64,000 nt of DNA from Smithella sp. M82 (GTDB taxonomy: Bacteria; Desulfobacterota; Syntrophia; Syntrophales; Smithellaceae): contig MAEO01000227.1 in assembly GCA_001683985.1 (NCBI GenBank), positions 4,958-68,957 on the forward strand, read 5' to 3'. The notes under the pieces were generated by a model, which was given only the letters and a program-made list of their open reading frames with translations, had not been told where the DNA came from and did not search any database. This document shows positions 55,730 to 64,000 of this stretch, piece by piece (position 1 is the stretch's first letter; each line of letters starts with the position of its first letter). A program made the translations under genes and the position numbers.

Positions 55730-56332
55730 TTATTTCTTTTCCCTTGCTTTAATGTTTTCAAAATATCCTGTCAAGCAGCCACGGAACGCCCGAAAAGGTT
55801 CTGTATTCTTCGTAACTTTCATATGCAGGATAGCCCCTTCAAATCCATAAAAAATTAAGCGCGCTGTATCATAAGTTTTCAAAGCGGAAGGTATCGCCCC
55901 GTCGCGCTTGCCTTCCTCAAGACATGATTCTATCTGGGCGATAAGGACTTCGATAACATCTTTTAAATGAACACGCAAACGTTCATTAGTTCCGGCCAGC
56001 TCCAGTGAAAGGTTCCCGATGGGACACCCCAGAGCATTACCGTTTTCCTGAAAAGAGGTTTCGAAAAATTCAAATAACTTCTCCATTCGCTGAATAGGCG
56101 GTATTTTTTTGTCACTTAAATAATGCGTGAGAATTCCGCTGATCATTGCGTCGAAATAATCAATAACCTCCAACCCGAAATCTTCTTTACTTTTAAAATA
56201 AAAATAAAAAGAGCCTTGGGGAATACCCGCTACTTGTAGTATCTGCTGAAGACCGGTGGCATTGAAACCCTGCGCGTGAATAAGTTCAGCTCCTTTGCGG
56301 ATGATCTCCTCACGTGTACTTATTTTGGTCAT
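55730..56332 (-). CDS. TetR/AcrR family transcriptional regulator
   Basis: 200-aa ORF. The N-terminal HTH is REEIIRKGAELIHAQGFNATGLQQILQVAGIPQGSFYFYFKSKEDF. Confidence 0.85.
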   Translation of the reverse strand: MTKISTREEIIRKGAELIHAQGFNATGLQQILQVAGIPQGSFYFYFKSKEDFGLEVIDYFDAMISGILTHYLSDKKIPPIQRMEKLFEFFETSFQENGNALGCPIGNLSLELAGTNERLRVHLKDVIEVLIAQIESCLEEGKRDGAIPSALKTYDTARLIFYGFEGAILHMKVTKNTEPFRAFRGCLTGYFENIKAREKK

Positions 56333-56359
56333 TACCGATTCTCCCTATAAGCAATTTTA

Positions 56360-56710
56360 TTAACTTTGCATAATTTTTGGAAAAGCGCCAATCCTTCCTT
56401 TTTTCTGAAGCACTTCAGCTCCCATATCCCTGACCGCAGCCGGAATAAAGGGAATTTGTTTTCTTTCCATAAGTTTTATAGCTCCAGTTGGGCATCCAGT
56501 CACGCACAAACCGCAGCCTATGCGCTCCTGCAAATTTACAACGGCAATATTATCTCTCACTTCAATTGCTTTCATCGGACAACGTTCTTCCGCACAAATA
56601 GCACAGCCGGTGCAGTCTTCACTAGTGACATACGCTTCAAAACGGCTTGGCTCGAAGGCATGTCGATTCACAAAGCAGGGAGTTTTGTTAAATGAACCAT
56701 CAAGAGGCAA
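56360..56710 (-). CDS. 4Fe-4S ferredoxin-domain protein (start uncertain)
   Basis: CTGCAICAEERCP and GCGLCVTGCP cluster motifs. The ORF opens at TTG with no SD, an in-frame TAA lies 8 codons upstream, and there is no ATG before the first cluster motif. Confidence 0.55.
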   Translation of the reverse strand: MPLDGSFNKTPCFVNRHAFEPSRFEAYVTSEDCTGCAICAEERCPMKAIEVRDNIAVVNLQERIGCGLCVTGCPTGAIKLMERKQIPFIPAAVRDMGAEVLQKKGRIGAFPKIMQS

Positions 56711-56757
56711 AAAGCATTCAGCAAAAGCGATAAATTACATACTATCCCATATTGATT

Positions 56758-58686
56758 CTATATTTTTTCACCTGCTTTGTGGCCTTCATGAATGGCCTCA
56801 AGAATACGGCGAGGACTTTTAGCGTCACCAACGATTTTATAGGGAATGGTCAAGTTCTTAAGCGCCTCTTCCAGAGAATTATCTGACTTGGCACCCATGG
56901 CAGTCACTATCATGGCCGCGCTCTCCATACGTTCTGTATTTTCCTGACAATAACGCACATCTCCTGTTAAAATACCTGTTACCTGAGCGCCAAAGAGTAA
57001 CCTGCCACCGGCAGTTTTGATGCGTTTGTGCAACCAGTATCCATGTGCAGTTAACTTGCCGACCGGAGGAAATGCCTGCATCTCTAAGACTGTAACAGCT
57101 ATACCTTTAGATAATAAATAGTCAGCTGTTTCCATCCCCACATAACCTGCCCCCAAAACAACAGCCGGACTTTTAAGATTGACTTTGCCTGTAAGAACAT
57201 CACGGGCATCAACCACTATTTCGGAATCAAGGCCTGAAATGGAAGGTGTGACAGGATATGCACCGCAGGCAAGAATCACAGCCTCAGGCATATGTTGTTT
57301 TATTTCTTCTTTGCTGATCATGTGCTGACAATGAACAGGTACTGAACTTTTTTTAAGCTGACGCAATGACCATGTAACCCAGTCCCTGAAGGCTGATTTG
57401 TGCGGCGGCCGGCTGGCAGACAATAACTGCCCTCCCGGTTTTTCTTCCTTCTCAAATATTTCTACTTCATGTCCACGAGCCGATGCGGCCATAGCGGCAG
57501 ACAAACCGGCGGGTCCGGCACCGATGACCCATACACGTTTAGCATGATCTACCTTCGGATGCTGTCCCTTATACTCATTCCCACATTCCGGATTGAAGCT
57601 GCAGGCAATCGACTTCATTTCAAAACTTAATCTTTCTATACAGCCCTGATTACAGGCAGTACACCATCGTATATCATCAAGATCACCATTGTAAGCCTTG
57701 TTAATAAAATCGGGATCGGTTAAATGCTGGCGTCCGAAACTTATGAGATCGGCATCACCACGTGCAATGGCTTGATCAGCCACTTCGGGATTGTTGATAC
57801 GTCCCACACCGATAACAGGAACGCTCACAACATCCTTAAGCGCACGGGCACGAAACAAATTGAAGCCGGATTCCGTATCCATGGAAGCAACAGACAAACC
57901 GCCGGGTGTGGAATAAATTCCCACTGAACAGTGAATGGCATCAACTCCGGCAGCCACCATCATTGGCGCGAATTTCTGCATGAAGGATAAATCATATCCG
58001 CCGCGCACCAGTTCATCAGCCGATACACGAATCCAGACAGGAAAATCCTTACCTACTTCTTTGCGTACCGCTGCAATAATTTCCAGAACAAACCGCATGC
58101 GATTTTCATCGCTGCCTCCGTATTTATCATCACGCTGATTGGAAAAAGGAGAAAGGAATTGATTTAACAGATATCCGTGAGCTCCGTGAAGCTCCACGGC
58201 ATCAAAACCAGCTGCTTTTGCGCGTCCGGCCGCTTTGGCAAAAGCCTCGATAATCTGGGCAATACGCTCCAGACTCATAGATTCACACGGCTGTCCCAAA
58301 ATAACGCTGGGTATCGCCGAAGGCGCCTCCGGAATAGCGCCTGTTGCATCTTCAAAAGTTTCCCTGCCGGCATGATGGAGTTGCAGCGCGACCTTGGCCC
58401 CGAAATGATGCAAAGCATCAGGAATGCGCGCCAGTCCGGAAATAAACGCATCGCTCCAGATGCCGATCTCGTTGGGGAAACCTTTGCCGCGCGGATCAAC
58501 AGCACATACTTCAGTTATAATCAGACCGGCGCCACCCTGTGCCCGCCGTGAAAGATATGCCACCAACCGGTCACTGACCGTGCTATCGGTATTGCCGTAT
58601 CCCGTACCCATCGGCGGCATGACCGCCCGATTCTTTAATGTCATACCATTAATGGTGATAGATGAAAAAAGACGTGGAAATTGCAT
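56758..58686 (-). CDS. NADH:flavin oxidoreductase of the 2,4-dienoyl-CoA reductase / enoate reductase type (OYE barrel + Fe-S + FAD/NAD(P) domain)
   Basis: 642-aa ORF. OYE-like N-terminus (MPPMGT, HGAHGYLLNQFLSP), Cys motif CTACNQGC, C-terminal dinucleotide fold VWVIGAGPAG. Confidence 0.85.
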   Translation of the reverse strand: MQFPRLFSSITINGMTLKNRAVMPPMGTGYGNTDSTVSDRLVAYLSRRAQGGAGLIITEVCAVDPRGKGFPNEIGIWSDAFISGLARIPDALHHFGAKVALQLHHAGRETFEDATGAIPEAPSAIPSVILGQPCESMSLERIAQIIEAFAKAAGRAKAAGFDAVELHGAHGYLLNQFLSPFSNQRDDKYGGSDENRMRFVLEIIAAVRKEVGKDFPVWIRVSADELVRGGYDLSFMQKFAPMMVAAGVDAIHCSVGIYSTPGGLSVASMDTESGFNLFRARALKDVVSVPVIGVGRINNPEVADQAIARGDADLISFGRQHLTDPDFINKAYNGDLDDIRWCTACNQGCIERLSFEMKSIACSFNPECGNEYKGQHPKVDHAKRVWVIGAGPAGLSAAMAASARGHEVEIFEKEEKPGGQLLSASRPPHKSAFRDWVTWSLRQLKKSSVPVHCQHMISKEEIKQHMPEAVILACGAYPVTPSISGLDSEIVVDARDVLTGKVNLKSPAVVLGAGYVGMETADYLLSKGIAVTVLEMQAFPPVGKLTAHGYWLHKRIKTAGGRLLFGAQVTGILTGDVRYCQENTERMESAAMIVTAMGAKSDNSLEEALKNLTIPYKIVGDAKSPRRILEAIHEGHKAGEKI

Positions 58687-58757
58687 TTGTAGTTCCTTTG
58701 AATTTACAATTAATAAAACTCTGCGGGAATATTCATATTACAAAACAAATTCACCCG

Positions 58758-59213
58758 CTACCAGATTTCGGGAAACGCCATATTTGTATATATATCCTCA
58801 AGCTTGCTCTTGTGTCCGCGTTCCATTTTCACCAGCCCAAGAAAAACATTTTTTTGTTCCGCGTCGGCGCTGACATTTGCCAGTCGAGTATACATCTGCA
58901 TGGCTTCCAGTTCGTTCTTGATTGCAATTATAATGCCCTCAACAGGCTTGAGATCCGCAGTCAGCGGCGGCGTAGGAAGTGAATCCACAATTTTGTAATC
59001 TTGGGATTCCGAAAAATGCATTTTCTCCGGAGCCTTAGTAAGAAAACTCTCTAATGTATGCCGATGCCCCTGCTCTTCTTCGGCAAGTTTGCCAAAAAGA
59101 GATTTGATGTTTTTATCTTTAGCCTTGTCGGATACCATACGATAAAATGTATAAGCCTCGATTTCACGTTCGATTGCGGAGGAAATTATTTTCTTGTATT
59201 GATTCTGATTCAT
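58758..59213 (-). CDS. ferritin-like / rubrerythrin-family diiron domain protein
   Basis: 151-aa ORF with two E-x-x-H motifs (EEEQGH, MERGHK) in a four-helix-bundle-sized protein. No rubredoxin Cys motifs. Confidence 0.7.
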   Translation of the reverse strand: MNQNQYKKIISSAIEREIEAYTFYRMVSDKAKDKNIKSLFGKLAEEEQGHRHTLESFLTKAPEKMHFSESQDYKIVDSLPTPPLTADLKPVEGIIIAIKNELEAMQMYTRLANVSADAEQKNVFLGLVKMERGHKSKLEDIYTNMAFPEIW

Positions 59214-59339
59214 CGTTTTGTTCTCCTTAGTAAAACGCCTTTAAAGACTTACGAGGGTCGCTGAGGATTATTGTTCCCTATCTGTTGATTATTGTATCAA
59301 ATCAATTAAATTTCACAATAAAATTACTTTAAAAAATAT

Positions 59340-60350
59340 TCAGAAAATCCCATCTAATTCCGTTCCGCATTTGGTGCATTTATTGCCCTTCAAATTAAGG
59401 TTGATGATTCTGAATCCATAGCGTTTAATCAGAAGGTTGCCGCAATTAGAACAATATGTGTTTTCACCGTCATCTCCCGGCACATTGCCGCTGTATACAT
59501 ATTTCAATCCGGCCTGCTTTCCTATTGCCACCGCACGATGCAACGAGGCAACCGGAGTTGCCGGCAGATTCTGCATTTTAAATTGCGGATGAAAACGGCT
59601 TATATGCCAGGGAGTTTCTCTTCCAAGCCCGGCAATGAATCCGGCAATATCTTTTAGTTCTTCGTCACTGTCATTTAAGGTTGGAATAAGCAGCGTGGTT
59701 ATCTCCACCCATATTCCTTTTTCTTTCATCTTTTTCAAACTCTCCAGAACAGGATTAAGTTTGGCTCCGCATCTTTTTTTATAGAATTCATCGCGGAAGG
59801 ATTTCAAATCCACATTGGCAGCGGATAAATAAGGAGCTATTGTTTCAATTGCTTCGGTTGTCATATAACCGTTGGTGACAAAAACATTAATCAAACCGTT
59901 TTCTGAGGCGATTTTCGCAGTATCGTAGGCCAGTTCGAAATAAATTGTCGGTTCTGTGTAGGTATAGGCAATTGTTTTTGACCCGCTTTTCTTTGCCTTT
60001 GCCACGATTTCCGTGGGCATAAAATCTTCGCCGCTTATCATGCGCGTGGCACGCGGCATTTGTGAAATGTCGTGATTCTGACAAAAATCACAACTAAAAT
60101 TACATCCCACCGTGGCAATGGAATATGATCCGGAAGCGGGACACACATGAAAGAAAGGTTTTTTTTCGATGGGGTCAATATTCTCGGCTATCAGTGTTCC
60201 GTAAACCAAAGAGTATAAAACACCTTCTTTATTCTCCCTTACTCCGCACATACCCCTCTTACCGGGCTCAACCGTACATCTATGCGCGCACAGGACGCAA
60301 CGCACCCGCCCTTCGGAGAGTTTTTCGTAAAGCATCGCTTCTTTTATCAT
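59340..60350 (-). CDS. AmmeMemoRadiSam-system-type radical SAM enzyme (PFL-activase-like)
   Basis: 336-aa ORF. N-terminal Cys motif CVLCAHRCTVEPGKRGMCGVR, radical SAM CNFSCDFCQN, C-terminal zinc ribbon CSNCG...CTKCG. Confidence 0.75.
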   Translation of the reverse strand: MIKEAMLYEKLSEGRVRCVLCAHRCTVEPGKRGMCGVRENKEGVLYSLVYGTLIAENIDPIEKKPFFHVCPASGSYSIATVGCNFSCDFCQNHDISQMPRATRMISGEDFMPTEIVAKAKKSGSKTIAYTYTEPTIYFELAYDTAKIASENGLINVFVTNGYMTTEAIETIAPYLSAANVDLKSFRDEFYKKRCGAKLNPVLESLKKMKEKGIWVEITTLLIPTLNDSDEELKDIAGFIAGLGRETPWHISRFHPQFKMQNLPATPVASLHRAVAIGKQAGLKYVYSGNVPGDDGENTYCSNCGNLLIKRYGFRIINLNLKGNKCTKCGTELDGIF

Positions 60351-61126
60351 TTGTCCGCCTGTCTCAATATTTCCCGAATAGCTTCAGGAGCTGTATTTCG
60401 TGTTTTAGCCTTTAGTTTAAATGATTCAGTAATCGGGCTTTGTAGTGTAAAGTAGGCGTATTTAACAGGAAATGTCACGCCAATAAATGCCCCAAAGGGG
60501 TTTTTTCGCAGGGGAAAGATTTCCTCCAGTGCCTCAAAATAATAACGAATAATGTTCGGGAAATAAATAACACTACCCCATCTAACAGCAACATCACCTG
60601 CACATTTTTTTACCATGGTTTTAATTTCATAAAAACTGAGAAAGTGCATTTCCCGCGAAAGTGGCAAACCAAACATTTCTTTCAATCCCTGCTTTGTACT
60701 GACAAAAGAATAATTATTTATAAACCCGATAAAGACACGACCACGACAGACTCTAATTACTTCTTCAATAATTTTCTGCGGATTATCGGAAATTTCCAGA
60801 ACATTAACCAAGGTCACGATGTCAAATTCATTATCGGAAAAGGGAATGTCATCGGGCTGAGCCAGAACCAGTTCGGCACGGTCACCGTATTTTTGCCGGG
60901 CAACATCCAGTTTTTCCTTAGAAGGATCAATTCCTGTTAAAGAACACCATTTCTCCTGAAAAAACTGTAAATTTTCTCCGGTTCCGCATCCTACATCCAG
61001 AATTCTTTCGCCGGCCAGCGGAGCTATCAAATCCAGAATCAACTCTTTCTGCCGGGAAATAACATATTTTCTTCGCAGCGCTTTCAGTTCTTTATCGGAT
61101 AATGGGGATGCCTGATCTAAAAACAT
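60347..61126 (-). CDS. class I SAM-dependent methyltransferase
   Basis: Motif I ILDVGCGTGEN. I prefer the ATG at 61126 (MFLDQASP...) because the track start at 61243 overlaps the moaA 3' end by 31 nt. Confidence 0.75.
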   Translation of the reverse strand: MFLDQASPLSDKELKALRRKYVISRQKELILDLIAPLAGERILDVGCGTGENLQFFQEKWCSLTGIDPSKEKLDVARQKYGDRAELVLAQPDDIPFSDNEFDIVTLVNVLEISDNPQKIIEEVIRVCRGRVFIGFINNYSFVSTKQGLKEMFGLPLSREMHFLSFYEIKTMVKKCAGDVAVRWGSVIYFPNIIRYYFEALEEIFPLRKNPFGAFIGVTFPVKYAYFTLQSPITESFKLKAKTRNTAPEAIREILRQADK

Positions 61127-61212
61127 TTGCGTTATTCCAAGTAAATCATATACCAAATTATACGGCAAATAACATCTTATTCTTTTAAACAATGCCTTCT
61201 TGATTATTCTGT

Positions 61213-62205
61213 CTAACCGCCAATTGCCGACATATGCCGGCATTTTTTTAAAGTGTTTTCTGTGCAGATCAAATCATGCTGTTTTGGTTTCAGCAAAACA
61301 GCCTCCCGGAAAAGCCCTTCCAATTCTTCATCACTACAATTTTCCCGTAGAGCCTTTTTTAAGTCAACTTCTTTTTCGTTAAGCAGGCAAACCCGCAATT
61401 TGCCATCAGACGTAAGGCGCAAACGGTTACATGTCGAACAAAAATGATCGCTCACCGGATTAATAAAACCTATTTCGCCACGACCTCCTTTTATTTTGAA
61501 TATTCTGGCCGGGCCATCGAATCTTTTCTTCTTGTTTTTTATCGGTTCCAGTTCGTATTTCTTTTTAATTCTATCAATCAACTGCGACGTCGGCATATAA
61601 TCCCCAACGTCATCCAGATTTGTTTGCTGGCCTACCCGCATCAATTCAATAAACCTCACTTGGAAGGGCTTGTCTAAGGCTAAGCGGACGAAATCCAAAG
61701 CTTCATCGTCATTAAAACCCTTAATGACAACTGTGTTAATTTTTATCGGAGAGAAACCTACTTCTTCAGCACGGGCAATTCCACGCAAAACAGCATCTAA
61801 ATCTCCGCCGTTGGTAATATGGGAATATTTATCTCTATTCAGAGAATCAAGGCTGATATTTATGCGGCTAATGCCGGCATCAAAAATCTTTTGGGCAAAT
61901 TCTTCCAGAAGAATGCCGTTTGTTGTCAGGCTTATATCCTGAAGACCTTCGATCTTTTTCAGCCGGGAAAGAAAATCGACGCAGCCGCGGCGCACCAGCG
62001 GTTCACCTCCCGTTACCCGTACCTTGACTAATCCCATTTTCACAGCAACTGAAACTACACGGATTATTTCTTCATAACGCAATATGTCATCATGTCCCTG
62101 CAAGGAAATTCCTTCTTTGGGACGGCAATAACGGCAATGTAAATTGCACCTGTCGGTTATGGAAACACGCAGGTAATTTATTTCTCTGTTGAATTTATCA
62201 AGCAT
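61213..62205 (-). CDS. moaA: GTP 3',8-cyclase (molybdenum cofactor biosynthesis protein A)
   Basis: 330-aa ORF. LRVSITDRCNLHCRYC, GGEPL, C-terminal CSTCNRLRLTSDGKL and terminal GG. Confidence 0.9.
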   Translation of the reverse strand: MLDKFNREINYLRVSITDRCNLHCRYCRPKEGISLQGHDDILRYEEIIRVVSVAVKMGLVKVRVTGGEPLVRRGCVDFLSRLKKIEGLQDISLTTNGILLEEFAQKIFDAGISRINISLDSLNRDKYSHITNGGDLDAVLRGIARAEEVGFSPIKINTVVIKGFNDDEALDFVRLALDKPFQVRFIELMRVGQQTNLDDVGDYMPTSQLIDRIKKKYELEPIKNKKKRFDGPARIFKIKGGRGEIGFINPVSDHFCSTCNRLRLTSDGKLRVCLLNEKEVDLKKALRENCSDEELEGLFREAVLLKPKQHDLICTENTLKKCRHMSAIGG

Positions 62206-62428
62206 TGTATTAAAATCCTTACTTTTTTCGCAGCATGCTGCAAAATATTTCCAAAGTGTGTTTCAGATTACAACTTTGATTATGCCCTAAATAGCACAAT
62301 CAGACAATTCCAGCCATTTAAATGTTTCTTGACAGGGCAAATATTCTTTATTAAACAAAGGCCAAGTTATATCCTGCCCGTTTTTAAAAAAATCACGCCA
62401 GGACATAGTTAAATAATCTGGAGTTGTT

Positions 62429-62908
62429 ATGCAAAGAATACCTATTACAAAAGCCGGCTTTGAGAAACTGAAAAAAGATCTGGAAACAATAAAAAATGTA
62501 TCTATTCCGGAAAACGTTCGCGATATTGAAGTAGCACGCGCTCATGGCGATATTACAGAAAACGCCGAATATACCGCAGCCAAAGAAAGACAGTCTTTCC
62601 TTTATGGAAGGGTGCAGGAGTTGGAACATCAACTGGCCATGTCCAACATTATCAATCTAAAAGGATTAACCACTGAAAAAGTTGTTTTCGGCTGTTACGT
62701 AAGTCTGGAAGATATCGACAACGGCGAGAAAATAAAATATCAATTGCTCGGACCTTATGAATCCGACATCAATCAAAACAAGATTTCCGTAACATCTCCC
62801 ATCGGCAAAGCTCTCATCGGGAAAAAAATCGGCAACGAAATAACCGTGCAGACACCTGGTGGAACACGAAATTTCGAAATAACAGATATTTCCATTGATG
62901 AGGACTAA
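62429..62908 (+). CDS. greA: transcription elongation factor GreA
   Basis: 159-aa ORF. PITKAGFEKLKKDLE, AHGDITENAEYTAAKERQ. Confidence 0.9.
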   Translation: MQRIPITKAGFEKLKKDLETIKNVSIPENVRDIEVARAHGDITENAEYTAAKERQSFLYGRVQELEHQLAMSNIINLKGLTTEKVVFGCYVSLEDIDNGEKIKYQLLGPYESDINQNKISVTSPIGKALIGKKIGNEITVQTPGGTRNFEITDISIDED

Positions 62909-63013
62909 ACTTTTCTCTTTCCAATCGCTATAACAACTTGTTTGATCTCTTTCTTTACAATTCCTTCGCTGTTGTCAAAAAATTTTCGGTTCTTTTTAAC
63001 TGAATAACTCAGT

Positions 63014-63126
63014 TTCGAAGGCTCACCTGTCACGGTGAGCCTTCGACAAGCTCAGGATGACAGCGTTATTGTCATGGTGAGCCGAGCCTGTCATGAGTTT
63101 ATCGAATGGAACCATCAGGGTGACAA
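63014..63126. repeat. Multi-hairpin repeat of the CCTTCGACAAGCT-AGG-TGAC family
   Basis: AAGGCTCACC-tgtcac-GGTGAGCCTT and ATGACA-gcgttat-TGTCAT hairpins. Shares modules with 37744-37792. Confidence 0.6.
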
Positions 63127-63197
63127 TTTACCCACATATTATGAGAAAGAGCCAAATATAATAGTATAAATTTATTTTCATAGTTTAAGGGTATTTA

Positions 63198-64000
63198 ATG
63201 AAATCAAGATATTTGCCAATAATAATCTTCATGGTCTTCACGTTTTGGGGCTGTGTTTCCTACGACGAACATGTCCGTAAAGTTCCGGATTCACTTATTC
63301 CCGCTAAAGTTGAAGAACTGAAGAATCAGCTCATTATGAATGGAGTGTCCGGAGAATGGTTCGATAAACAGATTCAGCATGACACCTTTCGTCTTCACTC
63401 CAATATTGATCAATACTTTCAGAAATCAGCAGAAAAACAAACCGATCATGAAAAGAAACACGATATCACCTGGTATTTCGCCCGACTGGGAGTAAACGCC
63501 AAAATCGAAAAGGGGAAAACATTTATCGAAGACCGCATCGAGCTTTTCAGTCGCGCCGAAGCGAAGCATGGAATTCACAAGGAATTGATCGCTGCCATAA
63601 TCGGCGTAGAAACCAATTTTGCCGATCGTCATCAACGAGGTAATTTTTACGCATTCAATTCTTTGGCATCTCAATACATTTTCACTAATCGTAAAAATTT
63701 TGCCATCCGGGAAATCACGGCACTTTATAAATTTTCACAAAAAACAGGACATTCTTCGCAATATTTTACCAGTTCATATGCCGGCGCGATCGGCTGGGGA
63801 CAGTTTATTCCTTCTTCTTTGCAGTCGTTTTTCATAGATTCAAACGGGGCCGATGATGATGTAGATCCTTTCGATATAGAAGATACTATCTTCAGTGTCG
63901 AAAACTACCTTTACAAAAATAAGCTATCGGGAGAAAACATCGGCGATTATAACAGCAAATACAAAGCTATTTTTGCATATAACCGCAGCGATGCTTATGT
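63198..64000 (+). CDS. lytic murein transglycosylase (MltB-like) lipoprotein, 3' end outside window
   Basis: Hand translation gives MKSRYLPIIIFMVFTFWGC (lipobox), GVETNF and SYAGAIGWGQFIPSS motifs. The frame stays open to the window end, so it is absent from the ORF track. Confidence 0.75.
   Translation, partial: MKSRYLPIIIFMVFTFWGCVSYDEHVRKVPDSLIPAKVEELKNQLIMNGVSGEWFDKQIQHDTFRLHSNIDQYFQKSAEKQTDHEKKHDITWYFARLGVNAKIEKGKTFIEDRIELFSRAEAKHGIHKELIAAIIGVETNFADRHQRGNFYAFNSLASQYIFTNRKNFAIREITALYKFSQKTGHSSQYFTSSYAGAIGWGQFIPSSLQSFFIDSNGADDDVDPFDIEDTIFSVENYLYKNKLSGENIGDYNSKYKAIFAYNRSDAY

Noticed and set aside
56711-56760. Selenocysteine or read-through fusion of the flavin reductase with the downstream ferredoxin ORF
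   Set aside because: The intervening stops are TAG and TAA, not TGA, and the two ORFs are in different contexts with a 47-nt gap. There is no SECIS-like hairpin.
61127-61243. Longer N-terminus of the methyltransferase (track start 61243)
   Set aside because: The extension overlaps the last 31 nt of moaA and encodes a basic, non-conserved-looking peptide. The ATG at 61126 gives a normal-length class I methyltransferase.
62206-62428. Moco riboswitch upstream of moaA
   Set aside because: The minus-strand leader is AT-rich. It has only a 12-bp palindrome (GCAGCATGCTGC, 62231-62242) and none of the GC-rich conserved Moco-motif helices. The region also has to house the divergent greA promoter.
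1-64000. Prophage, integrative element, IS element or defence island
   Set aside because: I recognised no integrase, transposase, recombinase, phage structural gene, restriction-modification gene or cas gene. The only clearly accessory coding content is the MntA/HepT pair.

Overview
The window is a mostly core-chromosomal stretch from a Gram-negative anaerobe. It has LPS genes (hldD, kdsB), OMPLA, Tat, two-subunit GcvP, GatCAB, SelA, HypAB and sigma-54 regulators. This fits a Desulfobacterota-like organism, but that placement is inference only. I support about 57 protein-coding genes. I found no rRNA, tRNA, CRISPR array, transposase, integrase or prophage genes.

Gene content, in order:
- An acyl-CoA activation/oxidation island: acyl-CoA ligase tail, ADP-forming acyl-CoA synthetase, MFS transporter, TetR, two tandem acyl-CoA dehydrogenases and a split MaoC hydratase.
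- An NtrC-type two-component system next to two tiny secreted proteins.
- A complete glycine-cleavage cluster on one strand (gcvT-H-PA-PB, lipA, lpd).
- def, a HemN-like radical SAM gene, selA, rluD and pgeF.
- An LPS/outer-membrane string (hldD, kdsB, pldA) interrupted by an MntA/HepT toxin-antitoxin pair.
- ilvB-N-C-D.
- tatA-tatC-mrcA.
- An HDAC-like gene, gatCAB, mtnA, a HAD hydrolase, an ftcD-like gene and a PPP phosphatase.
- ftsY and smc.
- A minus-strand string: enoate-reductase-like flavoprotein, ferredoxin, TetR, hypA, hypB and a DEDDh exonuclease.
- A ferritin-like gene, an AmmeMemoRadiSam-type radical SAM gene, a methyltransferase and moaA.
- greA and a 3'-truncated MltB-like lipoprotein gene.

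Most interesting signals:
1. A good sigma-54 promoter (TGGCAT-N5-TTGCT) with a perfect 15-bp inverted repeat about 100 bp upstream. It drives two small signal-peptide proteins beside the NtrC-type TCS, an architecture resembling ZraPSR.
2. A 33-codon leader ORF that is more than half Val/Leu/Ile, followed by terminator hairpins, upstream of ilvB. This looks like a classical attenuator.
3. Several families of GC-rich, hairpin-forming, modular repeats fill nearly every spacer inside the gcv, ilv and gatCAB operons. One is a 90-bp MITE-like unit with terminal inverted repeats. Another is an 82-bp core found in opposite orientations next to the same flanking motif.
4. Tandem acyl-CoA dehydrogenases (ACADs) with a split MaoC pair, reminiscent of ChsE/ChsH or HadAB.

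All product calls rest on motif recognition by eye. No database searches were run.
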